Source: Octopus bimaculoides (Eukaryota). From it: a stretch of 64,000 bases of DNA. A program made the translations under genes and the position numbers. The DNA lies in assembly GCF_001194135.2 (NCBI RefSeq), contig NC_068993.1, forward strand, positions 41,982,984 through 42,046,983, read 5' to 3'. Below are positions 28,430 to 41,789 of the stretch, in pieces (position 1 is the first letter of the stretch; each line of letters opens with the position of its first letter). The notes below the pieces were generated by a model. The model was not told the DNA's origin. It worked only from the letters and a program-made list of their open reading frames with translations, and did not search any database.

Positions 28430-29426
28430 TTTAGAATTTAGTTGACATTTCCTTTGCAGTTTTTAATTCAGAAACTCTTTTTGGCATTGAACTGATGAGC
28501 TTTGTGATTGTCTCTTGTGGAATTTCTACCCACTTTTCAACCAACAATCGAAACAATTCATTTTTAGATTTAGGTTTCTATCGAGTTTTTCGTATAGTTC
28601 TATTTAGTATGCTCCAAAGATTTTCAATTGGGTTCATGCCAGGAGATTGGCTTGGCCAAGGAAGCTTTTTGATCCCATTTTCAGTCAGCTATTGTTGATT
28701 CCTTTTCACTGTGTGGCATGGAGCCCCATCTTCCATGAATAAAAACTTTTTTTTCGTTATGTTATCGTGTGAATACTTCGGAAGTAGTCCTTGCTTAAGT
28801 ATTTCGATGTATTTTTCAGAGTTTATGGTTCCAACACATTCAATCAGCTCAGACCGACCATTGCTGGTGACAGCTCCCTATACCATTACAGAGATACCGC
28901 CATGTGTCACAGTTGGTTGGAGTCGTTTCAAATCAAATTCTTGATTGGGAAACCTCCAGCCACAAACACGTCCACTGGATTCATCTGAGAAAATCGCTCT
29001 TTCTCAAAATGAACTGGATTATTTTCATGATATTAATTGGTTGCAGGGGAGGTTTTCTTCTAGCTGCTCGTCCATAATACCCAAGCTTATGAAGATATGT
29101 AACACACGTTCTTGGACTAACTTCTAGCTGTTTACGATGTCAGAAGCTTTCGAACGGGGTTCGCTTTCCACAGTTCTCTTGAAACAGCGAGGATTTCTTT
29201 CCGAGAGCCCAGGTCGGCCGGGACGAGAATCTGTTGATTATTTTCCTTGGCTTTTGAATTGCACCATATTTCTACTAGCAGAAGCAAGAAGAATTTGAAG
29301 ATTTTCTGCAATTTTTCGCTGGCTAAGACCAGCCTCAGATTGCCCAACAATACGACCTCTTTGAACATCTGACAGTTCTGCTGGAATTTTTGTGCGTGGG
29401 ATGGTTACTCTTCCCAAATGTTTAAT
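28430..29426 (-). mobile_element. Tc1-like DD34E transposon fossil
   Basis: N-terminus PRTKIPAELSDVQRGRIVGQSEAGLSQRKIAENL. The catalytic segment D-GAPCHTVKRNQQ*LTENGIKKLPWPSQSPGMNPI-E (28730 to 28623) has 34-residue spacing. The 5' end runs into a gap; stops and frameshifts are present. Confidence 0.92.
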
Positions 29427-30099
29427 NNNNNNNNNNNNNNNNNNNNNNNNNNNNNNNNNNNNNNNNNNNNNNNNNNNNNNNNNNNNNNNNNNNNNNNNNN
29501 NNNNNNNNNNNNNNNNNNNNNNNNNNNNNNNNNNNNNNNNNNNNNNNNNNNNNNNNNNNNNNNNNNNNNNNNNNNNNNNNNNNNNNNNNNNNNNNNNNNN
29601 NNNNNNNNNNNNNNNNNNNNNNNNNNNNNNNNNNNNNNNNNNNNNNNNNNNNNNNNNNNNNNNNNATATATGAGTGAACAAACGAAAGAAAGGGCCGTCA
29701 ACACATTTATTGGGAATTACATGCATTATTCGAATCAAAGTGATTTGAATAATATGTGTGTGTGTGTGTATGTGTGTGTGTGTGTGTTTGCGTGTGCGTG
29801 TGTGTGTTTGCGTGTGAGTGTGTGTGTATGTATGCACACACAGTACTGTGCAAGAGCCTTCGGCTGCTTTAAACTGTTGTAAATTTCTACTAATTGCCAA
29901 GTGATATGTGGATGTTCTGCATTGCGTTTTTTTTTGTGTTTTTTTTTACAGATGAAACATTGACTCTGTCGGAGTTAATTCCATACCTAATCATTATATT
30001 TTGTAGTAGGGGCTCTGAATGAGAAAGGAAGATGCGAGACGACCGCCAAAATTGGCCGGGCAAAAGGTTTTGGGCCACCTCACATAAACTAATCAAGAT

Positions 30100-30870
30100 A
30101 CAGTGTTTTAAAACAAAAAATATCTATAATAAAAAATTTATTACATAATGTTCATTTCAAGAAGTTACTGTACATTGTTGATATTTTGTGTGGCTTCCCT
30201 TAGCTTGAATAATTGCTTCAATGCGCCTGGTAAGAGATGCGTACAAATCTTTCACCATCTTCACAGGTATGAGAAACCATTCTCTGTGCCTAAGCTCCGA
30301 CAACTCACCAAGACTGCGAGGATTCTTCTGACGAACTTTTCTCTTTAGTTTTGTTTGCTCGATGATATCTATGTCAGGGCTCTGAGCTGGCAAATCTTTC
30401 AATACAGTAACATCTTCATTAGCCAGACTCTGTTGTGTTGCACCTGATCTGAGGCATGGAGCTCCATCATGCTGAAATTTCTTCCCTTCATCCCAAGTTT
30501 TGCATCAAATTGTCCTTCAGCAGCTAGATGCATTTGACACTATTCAAGTTACCGTTTATTTTTAACCAACTTCTTTGAACCATCACTTTTTATGTATCAC
30601 AAAGCATCAGACTCTTGCCCCCCCCCCAAATTTCACTGTTTTCGTCGTGTAACGTGAGTCGCTTCGCTTTCCTAGGGACCCTCTTGCAAATTCCTGCTTA
30701 TTAGCGAGGAAGCAGTACTCAATATATCTTGAAGAGTTTATATCCATTCAAGTAGAGAATTTATCATGTTGTTGCCCTGAAAAACTCATCTCTTTGTTTT
30801 CATTCAACAGTTTGGAACCTTGAACAATCTATAAAGGCATGAAGCAAATTCACTTCACTTATATTGTTTA
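30100..30870 (-). mobile_element. Tc1-like DD35E transposon 3' fossil
   Basis: FQH-D-GAPCLRSGATQQSLANEDVTVLKDLPAQSPDIDII-E (D codon 30468-30466, E codon 30360-30358) gives 35 intervening residues. It ends RRIEAIIQAKGSHTKY. Confidence 0.85.
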
Positions 30871-31644
30871 TACATCTTTACATATCTTACTCGAACTTCA
30901 CATCTTCTTTAGATGCTTTTGATGTCGAACAGAACTACATACAATTTTCTCATTAACTTTGTCATGTTTAACAGACGTTCTTAAAGTTAATATTTATAAA
31001 GAAACTATCTAATAACTTGATTTAACATAGATAGAACGTCGACATGCTTCATGTAACATCGCCAAACCTTCAAGTAACACTACCAGGAGATCTAATTCAG
31101 ACAAACTGATACTCAGATAACGATACATTTCATTTTGTTCTTGTTGAGATTTTCAATAGTTAACGTAAGGATAGTGTTGATAATCCAATACATTGCTCCT
31201 TCATTCACTTTCTTCATGCAAATACGCACTACACAGAAGCAATGACATAGATTCAAGTAGAGGACACTCTTCAATACCTTCTATGACCACTAACAAATCC
31301 GAAGTAAAGCAATGAAAAACTACATGCAGTGTCTTGACATGTGCGAAAGTTTTCTAATGAGAAGAAGCAGATAACATAATTGCATTTAAGAAGATAGTAT
31401 TGCATATCCAATTTCAAAAATGCTGGCGTCAGATTAGAATACGAAGAGATAAAATAAAGAGGTTGGCCGATAGCAGATCAAACATGATGTGCCAATGCTT
31501 TGTTTGTAATAATGATACAGATGGTGTGTAGGGTTTACCATTTATTGAAGTTTTTTAACGCTTCTCTTTGTCAATTGCCAAGCATGTCACACATTATTGA
31601 GTTGTAAAATCAAATTTCTTTCTTTAGTGTTCTTGATAGCTTTA

Positions 31645-31861
31645 CAGCAGCTAGCTGGTAGAAGCGTAAGCACGCTGGATAAAATGATTAACGACATTTC
31701 GTCCGACTTTATTTTCTGAGGTCACATCCCGCCGAGGTCGACTTTGCCTTTCATCCTTTCGAGGTTGAGAAAATATGTAACAGTTGAGCCCTGAGGTAGA
31801 TATAATCGACTTAGGCCTTTCCCCGGAATTACTGGCCCTGTGCCAAAGTTTGAAATGAATA
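31645..31861 (+). mobile_element. SINE family B with a 15-bp target-site duplication
   Basis: TTCTTGATAGCTTTA occurs at 31630-31644 and 31862-31876, flanking the CCGAGGTCGACTTTGCCTTTCATCCTTTCG core. Confidence 0.92.
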
Positions 31862-32070
31862 TTCTTGATAGCTTTAAATATCATCCATGAATTATATCAT
31901 TTAAACACGGATCGCCATGAACTTTTATAGTGAGGGTGCGCTATTCTACATCTTAATTCACGAGATATACGTGAGGTAGATCGATAAGACAACATTAGCG
32001 CAAAATTTCATATTGCAAATTATTACTAGTATTTTTAGCCATAATGCTGGCAGATATTAATATAATCATT

Positions 32071-32480
32071 TGGATGTCGGTGAACTGGCAGAGTCGTTAG
32101 CATGCCGGGAAATGTTTAGCAGCATTTCGTTCTGTGCTCAAATTCCACTGAAGTTGACTTTGCCTTTCATCCTTTCGGGGTCGATAAAATAAGTAGTAGT
32201 TCAGCGGTGGGGTCGCTGTAATAAGACTTAACACCACCCCGAAATTACTAGCTTCATGCCATAATTTGAAATTAATGTTATAACCATTTGGATGGCGGCG
32301 AGGTGGCAAAATCGTTTGCAAGGTGGGAAAAAGGATTAGCAGCATTTCATTCGTCCTTACGTTATGTGTTCAAATTCCACCGAGGTCGACTATGCAATTC
32401 ATCTTTTCCGTGTTGATAAAATAAATACCATGGGAGCATTGGGGTCGATCTAATTGACTTAACCCCTTCTCTAAAATGGC
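32071..32480 (+). mobile_element. Two head-to-tail SINE family B copies
   Basis: Heads at about 32072 and 32290, each with a TTTCATC core and a GGGGTCG block. Confidence 0.9.
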
Positions 32481-32949
32481 TGGGGACTTGCATATTTTCC
32501 AAGATTTTCTTTCATAAAGTTTCTACTCTTTTAAGGATATAACACCATTACCTACATGTTAAGCTTCTCCAAATCTATTTCTCAAGCCAGATAGTGAAGA
32601 TTTTTCATAACTGACCTCATATTAACTCACAAATATACCCTAGGTCTGATTCAAGGTCCGTACACCTTCAAGATTAGTGTACACTGTTTACGTCTACTAC
32701 ACTTATTTATGGAATGCAGCATTTCATTGACGTTGCTTGATCGAGATTTTGTGTCACCCTGTACGACATGGCATATAAATCGGCGAGTATAGTTAGTATC
32801 TTTTTCAGTATCCGCTTTACGACACCCGACATGAAATAATAAACGTTTTTATTTATCTTTCATTTATGCATTAATTTTACGATATTCGTTTTATGTCACT
32901 GAACATGAAAATATTAAATATTTTTACAAATATATTTTTACTTATTTTG

Positions 32950-33280
32950 GAGGCTCAATGGTGAGAGCGATGGGCTCACAATCATGATATAATGAGTTCG
33001 ATTCCCGGACCATATTGTGTGCTGTGTTCTTGAGTAAGACTTTATTTCACGTTGCTCCAGTTCACTCAGCTGTACAAATGAGTTGTGACGTCACTAGTGC
33101 CAAGCTATATTCCCTTTCGCTTGGATAACATCGGGGGCGTGGAGAGGGAGGGCTTGTATGCTTGGGTGACTGCTGGTCATACATAAACAACGTTGCTCGG
33201 ACTTGTTCCTCGGAGGGGAACTTTCTAGGGGCAATCTCACGGTCTTTCTTGACCGAAAGGGGACTGTATTTCGGATTTAG
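32950..33280 (+). mobile_element. SINE family C (tRNA head plus CORE-like block)
   Basis: B box GAGTTCGATTCCC, then TTGAGTAAGACTTTATTTCACGTTGCTCCAGTTCACTCAGCTGTACAAATGAGT, homologous to 45451-45735. Confidence 0.88.
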
Positions 33281-33394
33281 CATTCTTCACATCCAGTATG
33301 TATCACATGAACTGTGAAATCAATGCAGAATTTATTGGTTGTGTAGATCATTAATAAAATACTAGAGAGAGCGCTGTCACTTTCCTGTCATGAT

Positions 33395-33601
33395 CTTTAT
33401 CTTTTATCGTTGCACTGCGGCCACGCTGGTGCGTCGTCTTGAAAGGTTTAGTCGAACAAATCAACCCTAGTATCTATTTTTTAAGTCCGGAACTTATTTT
33501 ATTGGCGCCTTTGCCGAAGTACTATGTAGCGAAATCCTAAGGAAGTCAACACCTTTTGTCATCTAGTGAGGGGAAACAGAGAAAAAGGCACGCATACACA
33601 C

Positions 33602-33672
<71 letters not shown>

Positions 33673-33830
33673 GATAGATAGATACGAGGGACTTCCACAA
33701 TGTTAACACCTGTGATAAACAAGACACTGGTCACCCTTGGGCTACAATAGAATACACTTGCTCACACTACCGCACAGTGGGACTCAACTAAAAAAACATG
33801 CAATTGCAAAGCGAGCTACCTAGACATACA
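33395..33830 (-). mobile_element. Old SINE family A copy whose internal microsatellite is (GATA)n
   Basis: Reverse tail CACTGCGGCCACGCTGG and reverse head TAGAATACACTTGC...CAGTGGGACTCAAC flank (GATA)n at about 33604-33682. Confidence 0.8.
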
Positions 33831-36330
33831 AACAAAACGAAAGAATATTAGAATAAAAAGGTGAAAGATAATAAACCTTATATTCTGTTCGTATAGTTGA
33901 AATTAATTAGCTGATCAAACGCCCTTGTGAAGCATATGTAAACCGAACGTGAGATAAAACGCGTTTCTGAATCATTTACGTCAGAGAGATTAATATTGAA
34001 GAGCAACAGGAAGAATGTCCAACAACGTATATGAACTATAATTGGGTATCACGCTCGTAAATGAATGGATACAGCCATCGATTGCAATTAGCACTGACCA
34101 GGTAAGATAAATTCTACTATATACTACAGAGGGAAACAAATACTAAGTGGAATTTATCCGAACATCAAGGAAACCTCTCCCAATACAGATTGAGGAAGTT
34201 GTTTAAGCCCAGTTCTTTTCTAATATTGCCGACATTGCCGACATACATCGAAAGGATAGTTCAGCATAGTTCAGAGGAACAGCAAAACTGAAAACATTAT
34301 TTGAAATAAGTAATGAATATTAAACAATAGCATGGGAATAGACGAGCATAAGCTATTATATAAACATATGATATGGTTGACTAAAGGAAGTAAACTGCGA
34401 AGTCAAAGGAAAGTTTTAATTTTCATGGTGTGTGCATGCGTAAATATGTCTCTTATGTATAGCTATATGTATGTATAAGAGCGTGCACATGCGTATCTCT
34501 GTGCAAGCTTCTAAAGTTGGTAGTTGACTGTGTGATTTTTTTTCTTCACATTTTCGACAAGACCGTTCAGTTTAATGATTAAAGATGGGAGTGAAAAAAG
34601 AAAGAATTCATTCCCATTTTACAATTAGTGCAATTATTATCGATTGTTGACGATTATTAACGACTATATTTTATCTTTTCACTTTCAATCAGTGCTGTTT
34701 GTTTCACCTTGACTGCCACATTATATGTACAGAGTTCGAAAGAAAACCACAAAATGTAACAGCTGAAACTAATGTTTGAATAGAATTACGAACATTTCTA
34801 TGCATAATACATTGCAAATCGAATAGACTATAGCATGTCATTTGCCCTTTACAAAATTAATCTGAAGTTGTAACATGGAATTATTTCTCTTAGTTCATTA
34901 TATTGTTTATTTATGCAATTTATCATTAACCAACATCTGTAACGTTTTTCTCTACATGTAATATTCCCATCGACAAATCGACAACGCTCCACTTGGCCTA
35001 AGTTTCACAGACAAAACATAATTGAAGCTGCTATGTTCGTTGTTAAAAAAGATAACACTATTTATTATTTAAAAAATTATATTTAGAAAAATATCTTATA
35101 TTTTGGGGTTTATACTAGCGTAGTGACTTCACCAGAGATCTTAAAGTGAAATTGAAACTACTATGTAGCTGAAGTGCCATTTAATAACACACAGACTTGA
35201 TAAATTTACTTTAAATTTACATTTCTTGAGGTATCCAAATTTATGTCACACAACTGTGATATGTTGAACGAAACGGTTCAAGTAAAATAGATTTAAATTT
35301 AAAATGAATTAACACACTTGTTTGTTTTCAACTAAATGTTTCACAGAGCAGATTCCCTCTCCTGTTTGAGAGTCGTTAAACATTTTTACTGCTATGTTTT
35401 CGTACTCTTTCTCAAACTCAGTGACAGAATTCAATTAAAATGACAATTTTTTTTTCCTTTTGCGTACATCTTTCAGTACATGACCCTGATTTATATACCA
35501 TTAAAGAGATGTATGTCGAAGATTAAACTTAACAGATATGTTACTAGTTTACAATTGATATATTCACAATTGACGCATCTAACAAAGAGGTAAACATTGC
35601 TCGAAGAAGCAGACACAGACGGCAATCCAATTGTGTTCAACACAGACAGCATTATGCAGACACAGACAGAGTTTTTTTTTTTATCAGATAAAACTGAAAG
35701 CAAACAGTGGTCATAACCGTGATAAGGTTGTAAGGAAAGAATAGTTTTATATTATATATGCTATTAAACATAGAAAAACTGGTCAAGTGACCTGACACAG
35801 TCATAACCATAATACGAATATATCATGTATATTGATTGATATTTCATATCCAGCAGACAGAAACATCAATCATACAAAATGAAAAACGTCCAAATACAAC
35901 GTTCTGTTGGTGAAGGCAGCAAGAATGTGGGGTAACAAAAATATTGTAGTTCTTATTGTGAATAGAAGCTATAAGTTGATTTGTTTCATGGCATATATTC
36001 GTCTCCCACAATCATGTATGTATGCATATATATGTATATATACTCACGAGCGAACATATGTGTATGTCTATATACACACACATATATATACACATGCCCA
36101 TGTATATACATATATACATATATGTATATATATANNNNNNNNNNNNNNNNNNNNNNNNNNNNNNNNNNNNNNNNNNNNNNNNNNNNNNNNNNNNNNNNNN
36201 NNNNNNNNNNNNNNNNNNNNNNNNNNNNNNNNNNNNNNNNNNNNNNNNNNNNNNNNNNNNNNNNNNNNNNNNNNNNNNNNNNNNNNNNNNNNNNNNNNNN
36301 NNNNNNNNNNNNNNNNNNNNNNNNNNNNNN

Positions 36331-36371
<41 letters not shown>

Positions 36372-36576
36372 GGCTTATATAGATACACCCATACACATAT
36401 ACACTTGTAGATACATATACACGAATATATATATATATTTATGTGTATACGCACGCGAACTATTTAACATTTGGTGTGTGTAATAAGATTTGGTAACTAT
36501 ATATTAAATCCGAAAAATGTAAAATCATGTGCATTTCATAAGGTATTAATAACAACAAGAACAAGAACAACAACAG

Positions 36577-36599
36577 TAATAATAATAATAATAATAATA

Positions 36600-36660
<61 letters not shown>
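36577..36660. repeat. (AAT)n directly abutting (TTA)n, forming a palindromic microsatellite
   Basis: The symmetry centre is 36600/36601, with about 23-24 bp perfect arms. Confidence 0.95.
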
Positions 36661-36662
<2 letters not shown>

Positions 36663-37108
36663 GGAGCAGCCGTGGCTGTGTAGTATGAAGTGTGCTTTGC
36701 AGCCACATGGTCCTGGGTTCAGTTCGGTGGTGTGGCAACTTGGAGAAGTGTTTAATAAAGTCTCGGGCCGACCAAACCCTTGTGTTTGTGAGTGTGTGTG
36801 TGTATCTGTGTCTCTGTATGTACGTGTGAGAGCGTGGATGTGGACGCGTGTGTGTGGATGTGTGGATGTGTGTGTGTGGATGCAAGTGTGTGTGTGTGGG
36901 TGTGTTTTTCCCTCGCCACCGTTTGACGACCGGTGTTTGTGTGTTTCGTCTTTGCAACTTAGCGGTTTAGCAAAACAGACCAACAGAATAAGTACCTGAC
37001 TTGAAGATATAAATAAGTACTGGGGGTGATGTATTCTACTAAAAACTCTTCAAGGCAGTGCCCTTGCATAGCCCCAGTCTAATGACTGAAACAAGTAAGA
37101 GATAAAAT
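36661..37108 (+). mobile_element. SINE family A, full length
   Basis: A box TGGCTGTGTAG, B box GGTTCAGTTC, internal (TG)n-rich tract and tail TAATGACTGAAACAAGTAAGAGATAAAA. Confidence 0.92.
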
Positions 37109-37129
37109 GTAATAGGAGAGAGTGCCACC

Positions 37130-38495
37130 CAGGCCGACTAAGGAATACCACAAATCCCGAGTTATTCTGTCTGCAAGGAGCACCATGGGATGTACACCTC
37201 ACGCTTTCGTAAATTTCAGCTTACAGGCGCATGCACAGAGTAGGTCAATTTAGTCGGAAAATTCTCTCTGTATTTGCTCACATTTGAACAAATTTCCCGA
37301 AAGACAACACCTCCCGCTCTATCCTACTTTTTCTTTCAATAACAAAACAGGCAAGGAAATATCCAAGTGAATTCTAAATCCTGGAATTAAACGTATGGGA
37401 AACAAATACTGAAAAAGCTAGGCGTGTAGAAACTCGTGCTGAAAGTTCTGCCTTGGATATTTTTACTGATAAATGGCAAGAAAAACTTCTTAAAGAAAAA
37501 TACCCAAAGAGAGCTAATAATGCTGATGTTGATAAAACACTAACCCATCAATTTAAGCGTCTTCGCGCTTAAAATCAGATACAGAAGGGTTTATCATAGC
37601 AGCCAGGGTCAATGCCTACCTATAAGAAGCTACCAAGCCAAAGTCTTAAATAATGGCAGTAGTTCAATATGTCGTGTATGTAAACAGCAGACTAAAACCA
37701 TCCTCCATCATGTTGTTTCCATGTGCAGCCTTCTTGCGCCTACAGAACATTTCAAAAGGCATGGTGGAGCGGCACAGTATATTCACTGGGTAATTTGCAA
37801 AGACCTGTACTGCTCCATAATAAAAACTTGATGAGAACATAAAACACCACCAGTGCTTGAAAATGATCATATTTCTCTCCTTTGAATCTTTAATTTTCAA
37901 ACTGGCTGAAAGATAGATGCAAATACCCCAGACATAATATTGAATGATTTCAGACAAAAATCATGCCTCCTCATCGATATGACTGTCCCAATTGACATAT
38001 AAGTATTTGTCAAGACCTACCAATATCTGAGCAAATATAAAGACATTGATATAGAAACTGGAAAAATGTGGACGCTCAAGACCTTTTGTCATAGATAGCC
38101 AAGGAATGATAGCAAAAGGGGATACTTGCTACCTGCGTCAGATACCAGGAAATCCCAAAATGAAAGAAATTAACAAGAATAGTGTTCATGAAAACTGCTC
38201 TTATATAATTCCCAAAACAGTTTAATCTGTAAACATTGTCAAAAGTACTTTTAAATGTACATAATAGCAAACACCTATTACTGTCATCTTAAGATCACAC
38301 TGTTATCTTTTCACCAAATTACTTTCAAAACAAACTTCAAATTTTCTTATGTTTTGACAGACATTTTCTAGAAGACTACAATGTGCAAAATATGGCACAC
38401 TAGTATTAACACCAACTTGAACGTCTAACTTGTCTGTTGAGGTCGATGGGTGAGACTTGGAGTCATCTTGTACGAACATAAAGTAAAAGCCAAAC

Positions 38496-38557
<62 letters not shown>

Positions 38558-38560
38558 TAT
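37130..38560 (+). mobile_element. R4/Dong-like non-LTR retrotransposon 3' portion with (TAA)n tail
   Basis: KWQEKLLKEKYPKRANNADVDKTLTHQ; CCHC knuckle CRVCKQQTKTILHHVVSMC; RLE motif NTPDIILNDFRQKSCLLIDMTVPID; a 3' UTR and then (TAA)n from about 38499. Confidence 0.9.
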
Positions 38561-38571
38561 ATATATATATA

Positions 38572-38735
38572 AGACGAGCTTCTTTCAGGTTCCTTCTACC
38601 AAATCCACTCACAAGGATTTAGTCGGCCCGAGGCTATAGTAGAAGACACTTGCCCAAGATGCCACGCAGTGGGACTGAACCCGGAACCATGTAGTTGATA
38701 AGCAAGCTTCTTACCATACAGCCACTTCTGCGCCT
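38572..38735 (-). mobile_element. SINE family A, 5' half
   Basis: Minus strand GGCGCAGAAGTGGCTGTATGGTAAGAAGC...GGTTCAGTCCCACTGCGTGGCATCTTGGGCAAGTGTC shows clear A and B boxes. Confidence 0.92.
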
Positions 38736-38950
<215 letters not shown>

Positions 38951-38959
38951 TGATAATTG

Positions 38960-41090
38960 TAACAGACAAATACGTCTAGATCAGTAAAATCAAATCATGA
39001 AAATCGACTATCCTAATTGGACCTAGAAGCGATTGTCAACAACAGTGAAGTATCAAGAACATTGCTAGGTAGAAGAAGAAATTGAACAAGATATAACAGA
39101 AAGATCAATGAATCATTAGATGGAAAGACACAGTTGTATTTGTGAAAGTAAATTTTATTTTATGGCGGGTAAGTATATTACAGAGGAGAGTTTACTTCAA
39201 CATTGAAATGAGACACAGATTAGGGACAGAACGCGGTTAACCGTTTCACGAGAAATCAAAAGTGAACAACTGCGTGAAGTAATAAAGCCACTGGATACGC
39301 TATAAATGAAACCTAAAGTTAAGATTATAAGGGATTATAAAATATGTAATTGATGTTATAAACTGAGCAGCCTCTCTGTAGAGGAAATTCTTGGAGTTTA
39401 AAGTCAAGGCTCATACTGGATATGGAGACTGAAGCTCAAAAGAGATATTGGAAATGTAAATGCAATACTTAAAAAATAAAAATAAAACGCGACCATGACT
39501 AAAAGACATAGGAACAAGCTTCAAAAGCAGAGAAACTCAGGTGAAGTCTGGAAAAATGGATGCCACCAAAGAATAAGTCAATATCAGCAGAAAAATGATT
39601 CAGAAGCAATGAAAGAAAATTTACCATCAGTTCAACAATGGGAATGATGATGAGAGGAATATGTCAAATTTTGAAACAAGAAGGACATTTTGTTTAGAGA
39701 TTGGAGCAAAAGTTTCAACTTAACAAGAAGTGAACTGGTTATGAGAGTCGAAAGTTAAACTAGAAAATATACCGACACAAGTGAATATAGATATATCAAA
39801 ATTGGAAAATGTGGTTAAAAATACAAAATTGGAAATCCTCTGCACTCAATGACGTTCAGGAATTTTGGCTCAAATATCTCACAAGCAGGCACAGCTATAT
39901 TCAACCATTTCTTACTGACTGTATAGAAAATGGAATAGCAATATAAATGTCAAAAGGAAAGGCATGATAATAGACATTGACAAAGAAAATTACTGAAGTC
40001 AGTAATTATCGACATAATATACGCTTAACATTATTCTGGAATTTCTTAAGTGGCCTCATAGTAAATGTATTGAATACTTTCCTGGAGAATGAGAATCTAT
40101 TACCAGAGGAGCAAAAGGATGGGGAAAGAAGTTATGGGGAGTTACTGATCTGTTGTATATTAAGAGCACGATGTTAAATGAAGAACGAATGAAAAATTAT
40201 AGAACATATGCTAGTTGTAGAGACTACAAGAATTCAAAGCATTCTGCAACAACTCTATTGTCATTCTTTTATCGACGCAAGCATACTACAATTTATACTT
40301 CTTGTGCTAGGTTACCGCTTTCACGCAGAGCCTGTATTTTATGAATCTTAGTTTTGCCTTGTTCTTGGGTGACTACAATCAGCAATTGTTGGGAATCAAT
40401 GCGAATATTAAAAAGTGATTTTTTTGAAAGAAAATAATGATACAATGCGAAATGGAACTAACGTACGGAAAGTACAGAAATGAATCAGTAGATGCGAAAA
40501 TTTAGAGGGGAATATTTCAGGAAGCCTCGCTCTCTCCAAATCACATCCTCCATTACTTATGGATATTATGTTATTTCTTCTGGCGAACGTACTGAAAAAT
40601 GAAGACCTGCTTATGAGCACGCTGAAAGCAATTTGAAAATAAATTATATTTTATATAGATAATATGACGTACATACCATGAATGAAAATACCTGGTTTCT
40701 CTAGTTCAAACAGTAAGAATATGTAACAAGAATATTCATATGCAGTTTGTGATGAATAAGCGTGCGGTTTTAATTATGAAAAGAGACTGTAATATTAAAT
40801 CTGATGTTTTAAAGATACCACAAGATGAGCTCATTATGTATTATTACAGGTAATGGAAATAAAATTGAAAGAGAGAATGTCTCTTAGGTGTACGTGAAAA
40901 TGTCTAGGAAGGTATTTGAAACAAAACTAAATCGACCACATTTGTCATCAAGACCATCAACACGTTAGGCGTGTCAGTGATGAGATACTCTGATACTTTA
41001 CTAGAGTGGACACAGTTTGATGTACAGAAACTGAGTAGACGATCTAGGAAACTGTTCACGGTGCACAAAGCACAACACCCTAAAAGGCCT
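38960..41090 (+). mobile_element. R4/Dong-like LINE fossil (pre-RT region and RT)
   Basis: SNYRHNIRLTLFWNFLSGLI..LENENLLPEEQKDG (NYRPITCL..EEQKG equivalent), IFQEASLSP (IFQGDSLSP), and VSVMRYSDTLLEWT..LSRRSRKLFTVHKAQHP. Heavily frameshifted. Confidence 0.85.
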
Positions 41091-41092
41091 GC

Positions 41093-41225
41093 AATTTCCT
41101 GGATAGGGGCTGTAGTCGATGCCATCGATCCCAGTGCTCGAATGGTACTCAATTGATTCCGAAAGTGAAAGTTGACCTCGGTGAAATTTGAAGTGAGATT
41201 GGAAAGAGCCAGGAGAAATATCGTC
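41093..41225 (-). mobile_element. SINE family B fragment
   Basis: GTCGATGCCATCGATCCCAGTGCTC...AAAGTTGACCTCGGTGAAATTTGAA. Confidence 0.8.
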
Positions 41226-41760
41226 AAAATTCTCGTTGTGCGCTAAAGAAGCACAAGAACTTAGTATGTGCACAGTGGATTCCTCTTTCTCGTTAAGCAT
41301 TCTGCACTTAACACTTTCACACAGTTCTATCTTCTCTTGCATGCCATTCGTTCGGAATGACTGGCTTTCAGGAGGCATAATGAGTCCTTCCCTTTCTTTT
41401 TTTGATTTCTCCATTCTTGAATAATAAACAAAATTCACCTGCTGCAGCATCAAGTGCTTGTCTGAGATGATGACCGTGCAGCTATTTTCCTAATACGGTT
41501 CATTCTTGCTCCTGTTTTCTTCATTACTTGCATTCTTTCCCCGTCTCCACAATTTCTTATACCTCTCCTCTAAAGACTGAAACCTGAGTTTTTCTGTTAC
41601 TTCTCACATATTCTTGTATATCACGTTCTGCCATTTCTATACAATCTTTTTCAATGTCATTCATCTCCGTCTTTCCATCCGTGGTAGGTGTAGTTTCTCA
41701 ATACTATCTCTAGGATGCAACGGCATATATATATCCATGCTCATTGTTGTCTTTCTGGTA
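41226..41760 (-). mobile_element. R4/Dong-like LINE post-RT fragment in inverted orientation
   Basis: Minus translation gives LHPRDSIEKLHLPRMERR (the H P..D..RLYL.R segment), KKEREGLIM, and the CCHC-derived SVKCRMLNEKEESTVHILSSCASLAH. Confidence 0.8.
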
Positions 41761-41789
41761 TTCTGGCTAAAATAATAATAGATTCTTAT

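Noticed and set aside
33980-34110. Strong donor CAG|GTAAGA with a short upstream ORF
   Set aside because: No clear acceptor or promoter, and no recognisable peptide.
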